DNA of 40,818 nucleotides, from NCBI GenBank assembly GCA_001642005.1, contig LWCA01000201.1, positions 1-40,818 of the forward strand. The letters run 5' to 3'. Shown in pieces: positions 12,401-25,755 of this stretch. The notes beneath the pieces are model-generated. The model had not been told where the DNA came from. It did no database searches and saw only the letters and a program-made list of their open reading frames with translations. Origin of the DNA: Intoshia linei (Eukaryota; Animalia; Orthonectida). A program made the translations under genes and the position numbers. Every line of letters begins with the position of its first letter. Position 1 is the stretch's first letter.

Positions 12401-15400
12401 GTGTAACAATTTAATGTATATTTTTGTACATGTAAATTCCTCAAAAACATTTTTATTTTAAAAATCTCTTTAATTTTAAACAAAATCAAATTTTAACATA
12501 AACAGGTTTGACTGTATAATCAAAATATTGCTTTTTTGATAGTAATATAAAAGTTTCCAAATAAAAAAATAAAATAATACTAAAGTTTCATTTTTGTCCG
12601 TGAAGGCGTCACTTTTTCAGATTGAAATTTTTTGTGTGTGTTAACTGGTTATAGCTGTATCAACTGTAATTTTTTTAAAATTCTAGGACTATTTTCATTT
12701 TTTAAAAAAAGGTAATCTGGAGTTTTTATTGTAAAAATGCAATTTTTTTAGGTTGCCATTCTAATTGCCATGATAATCCTTATGATTTTAAAATTACCTC
12801 AAAATTTAAGTTTTAAATTTTTGGGTTGCATTATTTTTAAAAAAAGGGCAAATTGAAATATGAAATTAAAAGACAAAAATTATAAATAAGTTTTTTAAAA
12901 TAAATATGTAAGATTAATTGTAACCTTCGAGTTTCACATTCACGATGCAAAACGTAAATTACCATATTTTTGGAAAAATGAAAAATATACATCATAATAA
13001 ACAGCCATTCTAACAATTTTTACAAGGTTGATGCAATCTCATCAATTTACTCAACTGAAACTTGTATATTCCCGTTACAAGCCCTAATTATCTATAGGTA
13101 AATGTATTTTAGCCAACACTTATAAGCATTATTTAATTTCAAAATTTCTTATGGGAAAATAAACTATTTCCCAGTAAATATAAGAAAGATTATAATTCCA
13201 AATCCTCAATTTATGGTTTATCTTGATTAAAACTTGATATATCACCAGCTTATACTTTCCTAGCAAAAGAAAATCTATTATTACTACCTTGATCAAAAAA
13301 TGCTTCTAAACAGATAGACAAACGTATTATTTTTTATACCTCAATTAAATACCTTTATTAAAGGTTAATGTTATGATAGTATATGCGGACTTATCAGAAA
13401 AAAATCATTGTTATTGATCCTTAAAAAAAGATGAAAATTTTTTTAAATGTAATTGATCAATTAAATGCCATAATAAAATAGAAAATCTATTCAAACCATA
13501 AAATTTCTTAATTTCTACTTTTTAAATAATTCTGTATAATGTAAATCAGGGATTAGATAATATGAAATTGAAAAATTGCGAAGGAATGAATTATATAGAT
13601 TTTCACCCATAATTCTTTATTAAAAATGTATAGACGTTCAATGCACTTATTTTTTGAAATTGTAGGATCAATATTTACATTTTTAATTTTTGATTTATTC
13701 GAAATATTTGAAAAATATTGGTGGATAATATATTAAAAATTATTTTTCACCTGGAATGAGTAGATTTCTGGGGTTAAAATTTTATATTTATATCAACTGG
13801 AATAAGCTCTATCAGAATAATAATTTTTTTTAAATTACATTTAATTTTCAAACGGTTAATTATTGCAAATTTTTGTTGTATTTATTTTTTTTGTTAATAA
13901 AATATTTGGGTAAAAAAATATATGAATACTAAAATGCTTTTTTGACCGTGAAGGCGTAACTTATTCAGATTGAATTTTTTTGTGTGTGTTAACAGGATAC
14001 AACTGTACTACCTGTAAATTTTTGAAATTCTAGGGCTGTTTTCAAAAAAAAGGAAGGGTAATTTGTGGTTTTTGCTTTGAAGATATAATTTTTTTAAATT
14101 TAAATTTATGATAATGTTTATGATTTTAAAATCCGTATCAGCGTATATATTTTTTTAAATTCTCGAACTCGTTTGATTTTCAAAAAAAAGACAATTGGGA
14201 TATATATTTTTTTAAATTCTCCAACTCGTTTGATTTTCAAAAAGAGGGACAATTTTTTAAATTCTCAAACTCGTTTAATTTTTAAAAAGAAGGGCAATTG
14301 GAGTTTTTGACCCGTAAGATGTGAGTTTGGGAGGTTGAAATTTATCTTATTACATGTCCCGGAAAAGACTGTAATTGAAATGTGTACTTTATAAAATTCT
14401 AAGACGGGTAGTTATTGAAATAAACGATAACACACACAGACAAACAAAGCATATTATATAAGTAAGGACTATATCTTATTTTTGAAAATCGGATTAATCA
14501 GCTTTTCTAATATTAATATTTCATCTGATTTCATATTTTTAACTATAGTCATGTAGAAATGTATGTTAATTTGGATAATTACCGTATCTGGAACAGTATT
14601 CATCAATAATAAATAGTTGAGCAGCAGAGAGGTACCCCTAAAATGTATTTAATTTGTTAATAATGATCCAACTTGTGATGCGGTCCCATCGTTAAACCTG
14701 TGCTTATATATAAACCGCAGTAATACTTTAAACATTCGGTAATGATCTATTTTGATGGGATTTGATTGAACACATTCTTCTAAAACGTTGTTTTTTTTTT
14801 GTAGTTTAGGCTCAAATTTTGATGTAGTATTAGAAATGTCATTATTGGATACTGATGATATGACTGGCTTATCAAGTTGTCCGGTGGCTCGATAAATAGC
14901 TTGTACCCACATTATTCTTTCATTTTGTTCAGCTGTAGCAAATTTATAACTTTCACCTTCTTTAACAACGCTAAAGAAATACAATTTTGAGCTATCCTTT
15001 TCAAATTCTAAAATAAGTGAATTAATATATTGTAAAAACTCAAAAAGGACAAACCACTTAAATCGTCTTGTTCTGAATCACAATAATAAACTGTGAATCC
15101 TTCCAAACTAATAATGTCAATAGGTTGATTTTTCTTTGGTTTATAATTGCATAAAGCAAATTTATACTGCGATATCTAAAATAAATTATGAATGAAGTGG
15201 GTAAAAATACTTGAGTCAATGCGAAATATCTTAATTTCCACTTTTTCCACAGTTTTTTTCCTGCAACGTATAAGTATCTAAAATTGATTAATTTCAATAA
15301 AATTAATTCAATTTCTACCCACAATGTTTCAATTCAGTTGGTCTTTCGACGATAACATTGAGTCCTATATCTATTTTGTCAGTTATGTGCTTTGTATTAA

Positions 15401-18400
15401 TCATTCGGTGAACTTCTGATATTTTTCTTGTATAAGGAGTAATATCCATATGAATCTAATTATATTAATTGAAAATTTTATAAACATACTTTAGCAATCT
15501 CGCGATCATCTATTTTGAGTATATTTGATGATTCCAAAAATAAACGAATCTTTAAATTTGGTAGAGGATAAGAAAATTTAAAATCAGCTTGTACATCAAA
15601 ACTAAATTAACAAAAAATAGTAGTAATATCAGTAGTATGTTAATCAGTTCAAGTCAGTTGGAACGCTGGAGCTAAAAAAAGTCTTCATGTTTCATTTAAT
15701 TTTACGTGTATTATTATAAATATAAAAAGGATATTGGTTTCATGGTTTCGATTAATAAATAATAAATAATTTTAATAAGAACCTTTGCTCTAGAGCAGTG
15801 GTAAACAAATAAAATAAAATGTTAATACAAAAAAAAATAATAATAAAATAAAATATATTTTTTTAAGTTCTCAATTTTTTTTTAAAATGGCCCCTTCCAT
15901 AATTCAAAATAAAAATTTAATAATTTTGGATTGATAAAATTTACTATAGTGAGTATTTTCAGTTACCTGTTAGTAACAAGTTGTTACTGTTACTCAATTT
16001 TTTATAGAATCGACCCATAAAACATCTTAAAAAAATGGTGATATTTTATGTTATTTTATCTATAAATTTAAGGAAAGCATTTTAACATTTTAATAAAATG
16101 ACGAAGAATAATTTTTAACCTTAAAAAAATGATAAGATTATGTATTTTGTGAAATAAAATAGAAAAATCGCTCCCAAGGGGGCAATTCGCCCACCTTTGA
16201 GAATCCCTGTTCTAAAGCGACATAATCATCGATTACACTAATTTATATATTGATTTTTTCAAGAAATTATTGTGGTTTCTTTAGGTAAAATTTTGTCACC
16301 CAATTTTTAAAGAATTTGAAGATAATTTTATGTACAAAATTTGGTTAGTTTTTTAAGCCTTTTTTTTTTTACCAAATTTTTAAAGATTTTTATGATACTT
16401 TTTCGGCCAAAATTTTGAAGGGTTTAATAAGGGAACAATTTTTTTTACCCAATTTTTTAAGGATTTGTAGATACCTTAAAAACCCTGCAAAATTTTATTC
16501 GAAAAATTATGTTGAAAATATTTAAAAAATGTTCTCTTAAAAATCCTACCAAATCTTGACACCAAAATTATCTTCAAAATTTTTAAAAATTGTGTGACAA
16601 AAAACTTCCCTTAAAACCACTACTAAATTTTTGTTGAAAAATTGGGTAAAAAATCAATAACATGATTAATTAGCAAAATCTATTATCATGTCGCTCAACT
16701 AAATGTTCGTCCTATCTATAAATTAAAAAAATTTTTGGTTCAACTATACATTATAAATAATATAATAATTAATGAACAGGTTTGCCAAACTTTTTTTTCA
16801 ACTTTACCTTTCTGAAGTAAAATAATTTCATTTATCGTACGATAAAATTTCTCTAACATCACCCGTTAATTGAGAATAGTTAGACCCCGTCATGATCGGC
16901 CTGTTTCAGTGTTATTATATTATTAATTTTTTATGTATTACATTGGATTGGATATATTTGCTTGCGTTGTTTGAAATTTTTGTCCATTATCTAATTCCAT
17001 TGTACAATAAATGATTTTATTATCTTGGATCGATTTTAGTCCGGATATTTTAATAATTATGACCTAGTAAATTTTTATTTAAAAAAATATATTTACATGT
17101 TTATCTTGAAAATTATACTTTTATTATATACCATAGATGGGGAAAGTGTGGCCTTCTGAACAGTAAATTATTTAAATTTTTTAATTCATTAAACTCCACC
17201 TTTGTTATATACCAAGTATCACGTACCGGAAATTATTTTTATTAAAACTCTAATGTCACTTTGAATTAGGGTTGCCAACTGTGTTATTTTCCCTCTGAGA
17301 TTTCAGGTTTTTAAATTCAACTCAGGGCTCAAGGTTAATTAATATTTCTCAAGGTAATTTAATTATTTCAATCAAAATCATCAGATGAGACATATTTTAT
17401 TTATATTGGATGAATAATTGATATAGAATAGATGAAAATTGTATGTAAACTGTTATTATTTTTTGAAAAAGAGGCCCCCCAAAAAAATTTTTAAAAAACA
17501 AAAAAAAAACACGTATCGCTACGCTTCAGCCAAATTTTGAGCTTCGCTCAAAAATTGGGGTTGACGATAACTTAATGTTGGTAACCCTACTTTGAATGTA
17601 TCAAACCCAGAATTTTTGAATGTGAATAAAAAATATATCCAGTAAAAAAAGATATTTATAGAATGGTGCAATGTATAGTATACAGGAATTCAAATTTATG
17701 TAATAAGTATGAATTAATTTTTAATTACTGCCATTTTAAATTCGAGTATTGCATCATTACGGCGTATACTATTTTTTTCTTCGAGGGATGAAAGCACACG
17801 ACTTAAAGTTTTTGGAGTATTGGCAAGTTTTATTCTAAATTTTTTTATATAAAAATTTAAAAAATTCAATATTAATTATTCAAGATTATCATTACTTTTT
17901 AGTACGTTTCAATTTATTCAGACTTAATCTAGATTCGCTCACGTTTTTTATTATTGGCACACTTTCCAGTGTTTCCATTAAATTATTTATTATTAATCGT
18001 TGTTCTTCTATATACAATAATTCCATCTCTTTAATAACAAATTTCGGGTAGTTTTTTTCCTATAGTTATAATTTAAAATCAATTATTTTTCTATTTATTT
18101 ATAGTTTTAAATTTACAGCATCCATTTGATTTATGAAGTTCATACGATTGACAAGTTCTCGTCTAATTTGAGCAGCCTGTTCATCCATATTATCTAACTA
18201 AATTGATTTACATATTATTTTACATAATATTGCTAATATTAATAATTTTAATGCGAATTTTGAACTAAATGATTGCTACATAAACTTTGATAAACCACAA
18301 AATACACTAAAATATTTAAAATCAAACATTTTAATATTTTTAAAATGAATAAAAAATTATAACATGTAGTGAGTACCATTGTACTCTAAAATATTAAAAA

Positions 18401-20299
18401 CTAATAAAAGTTTAATCAATTCTATAAATTAATCTATGTCTAGGGAATAACTAAATTGAATTATTATAAATAATAATAATATATCATTGCATGTATAGTA
18501 CATTTTATCATTATAAATACATGTTGAGTAATTAAATTTAGGGGTAATTATTCATAATTATGTCCTGATTTGTAAATCGACTGTATATTAAATTTAATTC
18601 AGATTTATCAGGTATTATTGATAATACATTAATAATTATTTAGAATACGAATCATAGAAATTAGACTTTTAAAAATATGTGAATCTAACAAAATTTGTCA
18701 ATTTTCCCACCCACCTCCCCTACTTAAAACCAGCTGTCTAGTCATGAAAATTTTTAATTTTTTAATTTTTTAATCTTTCTCTTGAGAGAATCAAAAAACG
18801 AGAACAATCGATGTACTTTCATATTTTAATTTCAAGACTAATATACTCAAATCTAATTTTTAACCACTCATTTTTTTATTAATGATATTTATTATCAGTG
18901 GATATTTAAAATAACAGTCTCAACTAAACTAGTCCTGTATCATTAGACTTATTTTGAATTTTACCTGGCACAAATTATAAAAAATTTGGTGTTGATATTT
19001 TTTAATTTTTAGCATTTCTTGCACCAGAGAATACATTTGATCTTTCGATAATACATCGGAATCCAAAGCGGATTTTCGTACATCTTCACAGGGTTTGACA
19101 ATTTCAAAATAAATATTCAACCACATTTTTTTCATACTTGATTTTGATAGTCCTTCAATTTCGGGAAGAGAATCGAGGTAATATTTAATGTGATTTTTAA
19201 AAATGGTGTGAAAATCATCGATGGTGAAAGTTTTTGAGTTAATCATTCTTTCTGAAATAGGTTTACATAGAAATCTAGATTTTAAGCTAATTAAATGAAA
19301 TAAATGAAAACTTACTCATTATAATGATATTTACTAGCAGTCATAAATGCGACATCGACATTATCTATCACTAATTGGCCAGTAATGAATTCGCTAAATC
19401 GGTTTTTCATAATATTAAAAGTTTCCCAATTGATGGCCATCGGCTTAGCTGCAAAATTTGTACATTGTTTCGCGTTAAAGGGAGAAGCAATACAGCGAAT
19501 AACTAAAACGTAAAGTTGTAGATTACGTCTAATATGACAATCGGAATCGTTTGCATTGAATAGATTATCAAACGTGTGACAAAAAAGTTCACTGGATTGT
19601 GAAGGAGATGTTTTATTGTGGTTTTGAGCAGTTTCGTGAGATGACTGTTTAGGGAAATCATTACTATCCGTAACGGAAATATTTGAAATATCGGATGAAT
19701 CCATTTGATTTAAACTAATCATTACATTTTCATCCATTTGCTGGTTATTTGGAGATGGTAACAAATCTTTTTCGTTTTTTGAGTTTCTACTTTGATTAGG
19801 AGAAAATAAGGAATACTTTCGATGTTCAGATTTTTTCAAATCGTTAAAATTTAAAATGTTATCATGATTTTCGAAAATATTCATGTGACTGATCGAGAGT
19901 CGTAAACTCTCATTTATGATTTGCGTAGTGTTTCTTTTTAAATTTTTTTTCTCGCCACTTTTAGAAGACGAGGAGGAAATATTATTTCTATCTAATCTAA
20001 AAAAAATTGGTGATGTTGTAGATTTTGTTGATTGACAAAATTGTGATGCGTTCGAAACATTTTTAAAGCTGGATTTTGTCATTTTTAGTTCAATTTCTTT
20101 TTTTTCAGTAAATGGTGTTTCTATTACATTACCTGCAATGTAAAATTAGAAATAAAAATAATTTACTTTTAGGTGTCGTTTGATTTGATGAATTCGTATT
20201 AAACTCTTGGTTCTTAATGTCAAATTGATTATATATTTCATTGTACATTGCCATTTTATTAACGCTCTCAACTTCTTCATCACTCGATTCTTGTAGCAT
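9433..20299 (-). CDS. CADPS: Calcium-dependent secretion activator (CAPS/UNC-31), >20 exons; last two small exons uncertain
   Basis: N-terminus MLQESSDEE (cf. MLDPSSSEE); LQLYVLVIRCIASPFNAKQ; LDNMDEQAAQIRREL; C2 domain IIYCTMEL; PH domain AGKKLWKKWKLRYFAL and ERIMWVQAIYRATGQ; DEYCSRYG|VRGCYRHL; MHD region DLFSAPVVDYI; KTYHDFELYGV. Confidence 0.95.
12125..12514. mobile_element. pogo/Tigger-like MITE in CADPS intron
   Basis: TA|CAGTCAAAACTGTTTAATTTAAAA ... TTTTAACATAAACAGGTTTGACTG|TA. 24-bp TIR (21/24 identical) with TA target duplication. Confidence 0.8.
12590..12860 (-). repeat. Older diverged internal fragment of the Helitron family
   Basis: Matches TTTGACCGTGAAGGCG..CAGATTGAAATTTTTTGTGTGTGTTAAC..TTCTAGG of the 13.9 kb and 28.4 kb copies. 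A weaker fragment also occurs near 4250-4430. Confidence 0.6.
13562..14468 (-). mobile_element. 3'-truncated non-autonomous Helitron copy
   Basis: 5' end TCCTTACTTATATAATAT at 14468. High identity to the 23527 and 28814 copies. An internal ~50-bp unit is triplicated at ~14145-14300. Confidence 0.8.
15796..16209. mobile_element. hAT Charlie/Buster-type MITE
   Basis: Ends CAGTGGT... and ...GAGAATCCCTG, flanked by an imperfect 8-bp TSD ctctagag/ttctaaag that fits the NTCTAGAN Buster target. Confidence 0.7.
16217..16694. mobile_element. Foldback (long inverted repeat) element
   Basis: Ends GCGACATAATCATCGATT... and ...AATCTATTATCATGTCGC. Inverted similarity continues for well over 100 bp inward (GTGGTTT..TTTTGTCAC.CAATTTTTAAA.A.TTTGAAGATAATTTT). 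Confidence 0.75.
17267..17589. mobile_element. hAT Blackjack-type MITE
   Basis: TIRs TAGGGTTGCCAAC / GTTGGTAACCCTA with perfect 8-bp TSD CTTTGAAT (17259-17266 and 17590-17597). Confidence 0.9.
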
Positions 20300-21724
20300 T
20301 TTTTTCAGCTTTACTATATATAAAAATTTAAATATACTGTTTGTGTAAAGAAATAAGATAAAATCAATACTTGATTTCGTAAAGTAAACCATTTTTAATT
20401 AATTTCACAATTTATTGCAAATTAAAACAAAAAACATATGTGATTACAAATCTAAGGTAAAATTTTTAGCAAAATTTAGTGGGTTTGATTATATATACTT
20501 AATTAATATAATCTTGTTTTATAATTGTGTGAATGATTAATAAAATTTGCCATTTCCCTTATTAATATGAAGTATGTAAAATCAAGAATATATGGTTTAT
20601 GATATTATTATGATTTAATCTAAATTTACCTTACTATTTAGAATTTACATTCACCAAGCTGTGATTAAAGTAAAATTCCGGATGCACTAACATGCATTCA
20701 AATAATTACACGTTTTCAATTTAATTTTAATATTGTTTAAAAAATGTAAATCGTTATTTTCGAGTTTAATTTTGTGTCAAAATATGTGTAAATTTCTCTC
20801 ATTGCTAAAATGTACTGGATTAATGTAATACCTTTGGATATATTGTCAATGTCGATTTTTGTTACATATTTTTTATTATACATAACCAGGTCAATCAATA
20901 TGAGCCATATAATCATTCAATCAATAATGTAATATTGATATAAAATATTGATATCTTTTAAATCGATGTATAGTTGGTTATACTTATCATTCATGATCTT
21001 ATTCACGTTATTTAATTAAATTTATCATTCAAAATATGGGAAATTTTTTTAAAATTATCTTAATATTTATTTTCTAAATCCAGTACGCATTATTGCATTA
21101 GGGATGCTTGTTAGTCAAGTTTGAATCTAATAAATACGATTACATAAATATCTATTATCTATTATATTGAAAATCAAATCATGTCAAAAAAATCTTGAAT
21201 TGTATTAAGTTATAGATTATTTATTAAAACAACATTGATTTCGAATGAATACACAATTTATTATAGGGGAATGCCTTCGCTGAGAATTTATTGAGTTGAT
21301 AGTATTGCCAATACTATCACAAATAAATATTCAATATTATACATTTATATGTTGAAAACTTAAGTTTCTGCTAACTTTGTAACTTTGAAAAATTAACCAT
21401 ATTTGTGTCATTAATTACCAGTTAAAATATTTACATAATAATCATAATAATTATTATAATATTTCATAGATTTGATTATAATCAGATAACAATGGACGTT
21501 ATAAAATCAATATAGAATCAACTTATTATAAAAATGTATATTCTAGGACAGTGGTTCCCAAAGTGGTCCACATGGACCAAAGTTTGTGGCCACCCTAAAA
21601 TGAAAAATAAAGTATTTAAAAATTTCGCAAATGCATTGTAGTGTCATATAACCCTATCCATTTCTCTAAGACTGTTGAGTTGACATTTTAAATTTAACAC
21701 ACAAAATTATGATTAGATTATGAT

Positions 21725-22300
21725 TAGGGCGGCCAAAATTTAATAAAATTAATTTTTGTTATATATCTGCATGAAATTACAAGCATTATGATATTAATAT
21801 TATGCATATTAATTAGCTAATAAAAACTTAATAAAGTTACATAGTGAAACAAGTGATTTTAAAGTACATTTTTTTTGTTTTTTAAAATTTAAATATCGTT
21901 ATATCAAAAATTATTTACATTTACTTGCGATTTTACAAGTAATCTTAATATTATATTATTTATATGACAGATTGATATATTATTATTGGAATGCCAAAAT
22001 TTTCTAAAAATCGATCTGAAAAGATACCATTATATGAAAATAAATGTATTAAGGTTATATCCGGGTGAATTTGTGAAACAAGACGAAAATTTGTTTTGTG
22101 TCAAATGTTTCAAACATCCATGTTTCATTTGATAAATTGCACTATGTACAGGTGCATAGAAATTCTGTCAAACACAAAATTAAAGTGGACACTCTTCCTA
22201 TTTGAACTTGTATTAATAAATCTAAGGATTTTGCGTTACAAGTGTTGGAAGCTTTTTTATCAGCAGAAATACCTTTAAATAAACTTAACAATCATAAATT
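21725..22300 (+). mobile_element. Remnant of hAT element with CGGBP1-like transposase N-terminus
   Basis: TAGGGCGGCC end at 21725. Frameshifted ORF from ATG 21991: MPKFSK..YPGEFVKQDENLFCVKC..VQVHRNSVKHK..DFALQVLEAFLSAEIPLNKLNN (zinc finger plus the ANIPL.K motif of CGGBP1-related hATs). Confidence 0.6.
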
Positions 22301-23526
22301 ATTTTATATATATATTTTTTTAAACTAAACTTTTAAAGGGATTTTATGATTTTTTTACACAAACTTTACAAAAGAGAGCATTTACAAAAAAGACCATATA
22401 CAAATAAAACTTTACAAATTGACGCACTACGCGAATACCATTTTAGTTCGAGCGGCCATCTTTTTTGTAATTTTAAAAAATTGTTTTTAATCAAATCTCG
22501 TGTAGATTTTTTAATGGTATACGTTTTGCTTTACTCTTAATTAAATGAAAATAAAGTAATACAAAATTCCTAGAGGTATAGCTTCAAGCTAAACCTTAAA
22601 ATCTCAATTTTTATATCAAAACTTAATCGAATGACCAGTGATGAGTGGAAGCCCTGGATTAATGCATCTCGTGATCATGAATAATAGGACTAATAGGACT
22701 ACAAAGTATTTGTAGAATTCCAAGTTTATTTAGTGAATAAACAAACTAAAACAATACTACCAAATAAATAAAGTCATGATACTGTTTAAAAAAGAATTAT
22801 ATATGGGATATTTTTTCACTATTTTGTCCTCTATCCTGGTAATTAATATTTAATATTTATTTCACAAAATTATATACATTAATAATATCATTAAACATAA
22901 AAATAAACTAATTTTGATAATTTTAGATATTTTCTGGTTGGATGATGAGTTTAATAATTATCGATCATTATGGAATTAAACAAACGAATTATGCATACCT
23001 AAGTGAAATTTTATCAACAACATCAATGATTATGTAATAAGAATTTTAATATATGTATTATTTCATAATATTAGGATAAATTTTGTAAACTATAACGTAT
23101 TGAGTGATACCGACATTTTCGAATTTGACAAGGGTTATTTTGGACAAGGAGGTATGCCAATATATTTAAACTTTTATATTATATTACAGTTAATCAATTT
23201 CTATTTGTTCTTGCCTGTCTATGCAACATTTTTGGATTAGCTGGAGCTATAGAAATTTCAGTTATATCTATATACTCAGGTGAAGATAATTAACTAGTTA
23301 ACAGTTAAGTTAAAATACAATGTACTATCATGACTTGTTTACTATTTAATTAAATGTAAACAGATAGTGCACATTTGAATTTATCTTATGTTTTATTTAA
23401 ATATTGGCTCATACTGTCATAATATTCTTTAACTCGTTACACATACATTAATTAATAAAAATTTTACAAATTTACCAAACTATAAGTACATTATTTGTAT
23501 TTTAAATTAATTGACGATCATTTGTA

Positions 23527-24511
23527 TCCTAACTTATATAAAGGGCTACGCGATTTTTGTTTGTGTGTGTGTTAAGCTTTATTTAAATAACTACCCGTCT
23601 TAGAGTTTTATAAAGACTACTATTCAACTACAGTTTTTCCGGGGTGTTCGCAAACATAATTTCAACCTTCCAAACTCACATCTTATGAGTCAAAAACTCC
23701 AATTGTACCTTTTTTTGAAAATCAAACGAGTTGAAGAATTTAAAAAAATATATATTCCGATACGGATTTTAAAATTATAAACATTATGATAAATTTTAAT
23801 TTAAAAAAATTATATCTTCAGGGCCAAAACCCCAAATTACCCTTCCTTTTTTAATGAAAACAGTTAGAATTTAAAAAAATTTCAATCCGAATAAGTAACG
23901 ACTTCACGGTCAAAAAAAAAATTTTAGTATTCATATTTTTTTTTCGAAATATTTTATTAAAACAAAAAATGTGATGAATAATTTAATTCCGAAAATTCAA
24001 AAAAAAATTATTCTAATATTCCAGTTGATATAAATACAAAATTTCAATCCCAGAAATCTACACATTCCCGGTGAAAAATAAATTTTAATATATTATTAAC
24101 CAATATTTTTCAAATATTTCGATTAAAATCAAAAATTGAAAATGTAAATAATGATCCTATAATTTCAAAAAAAAGTGTGGATTGTACGTCTACACATTTG
24201 CAATAAAGACATATGAGTGAAAATCTATATAATTCATTACTTCGGAATTTTTTTCATTACTACGCAATTTTTAAATTTCAAATTTTCATTTTCAAAACAT
24301 TTTGTATAAACTTTACTTAACTCACTTAAAACTATACATGTAGGAAAATTTTCAATAGAATTATATGAAGTTATGATCTTTTTGTAGCCTTACTTTAATG
24401 GCTTCGCAAAAGTAATTTGAACCATAATAGATTTAATTTTTAATGCTAAAATTAGATATATCTACTGTTGTACTCTAGCTGTTTGTACAAAGTACAAACC
24501 AGCCAAACTAG
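23527..24511 (+). mobile_element. Complete non-autonomous Helitron (~985 bp)
   Basis: A|TCCTAACTTATATAA 5' end, (GT)n near the 5' end, subterminal hairpin GCTGTTTGTAC-AAA-GTACAAACCAGC, and CTAG|T 3' end. Inserted between A and T with no TSD. Confidence 0.88.
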
Positions 24512-25755
24512 TCATTTATAAACCTTTGGCTTTTGATATAACGGCTTTACTTTATTTTACATGTGCGATTTAAGATTAAGTGTATGATGACTCATTGATG
24601 TGGTAATATAATGCAGTGTGATGCTCAAAAAAATTACTAAGAATACTACGGTGTCCCAAAAGTTTAGGAATTCTGTAGATCTGTGGTGGAGAATTAACAT
24701 TTATAATTTAATTATAATGAATGATTAGTGTTGCCTTCATAAAATGACGTAATTTTAATTAATTTTTGAATATAATGTACAATGTAACTTCAAATATAAA
24801 TTTTTAATTTCCCTTTAACATTATGGTATTTTTTATATTTACGTCAAGTTTTCAAAACTAGTTTTATTCTGATAACATTAAAACATGTAGAGTAGTGAAA
24901 GGTCATGAAATATTGTTAAATTTAGAGTTGGAAAATCATTATAATGTTATCGATTCAGAGATAAAATGGAATTGAGTAGAATTATTGACTTCTATTCATA
25001 CATCAAAATGTTCTTAACCTCCAGTAAATGTATAGGTTTCTTAGTCTGATTTTTATTGTCAATGCTAAATTATTTTCATTGGTCCTAAATCTGGAATTTA
25101 AATTTCAATGTAATTATCAACACATTAAATTGTCTAAAAATAACGATCTTTATGGAGGTTTAAATGGGAAATTATGAGTAATATTGATTTACACCTCTAT
25201 TTTAAATGATTTAATGTTTTTTAATTTTAATTATATGTTTTAGGTAAATTGAATACTGGAATAACTTGCTTGCTGTCCAATATATTAATTATAGCATCGT
25301 AATTTTATTTTCTTTTTCTATCCTAAATAATAATATCTGAAATAGATCATTATCTTTGCGCTACGGAACCATTTGTATAAAAAAGCATTTTCGAAAAATT
25401 GCTTTCTTGTAGTAGTCGTAACTGTAAATAGGTTTGTATTATAAAATTGAATAAAATGTTTCGATACAATCTACTAAAAATAATTACTAACCGATAAAAT
25501 GGGTCAAATAATTTTTAATTTTTTTCAATTATGTACTGTATTATCTTCTACTAATGTGTTGCATTTGGACCTTAGCAAATCCACTTTATCAATACTTTAT
25601 AGAAAATTTTCGAGTATATTTTTGTATATTTGTAACAATTTGCAACATCCAATTACGATAAATACATATTAACAAAAAAGTCCAAGTCGGATTTGAAGTT
25701 TGGAATCAACTAGCTATTATTTATTCAGTGACAGGCAGAAAATTAAATTATAAAA

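Larger units (their letters stand above)
20567..25410 (+). pseudogene. Decayed FLVCR/SLC49-like MFS transporter gene
   Basis: Collinear exon-like pieces ISLIAKMYWINVIPLDILSMSIFVTYFLL (cf. FYGV..IDWLSMVYM), IFSGWMMSLIIIDHYGIKQT (cf. WLD..KTYKQT), GAIEISVISIYSGE (cf. GFEFAVEITYPE) and GKLNTGITCLLSNILIIASSLSLRYG. Several stops and frameshifts. Confidence 0.5.

Noticed and set aside
22620-22680. CASD1-like motif LNRMTSDEWKPW (cf. LNR.QT.EWKGW)
   Set aside because: Isolated match. The flanking exons fit an FLVCR-like MFS protein and no other CAS1 motifs are seen.
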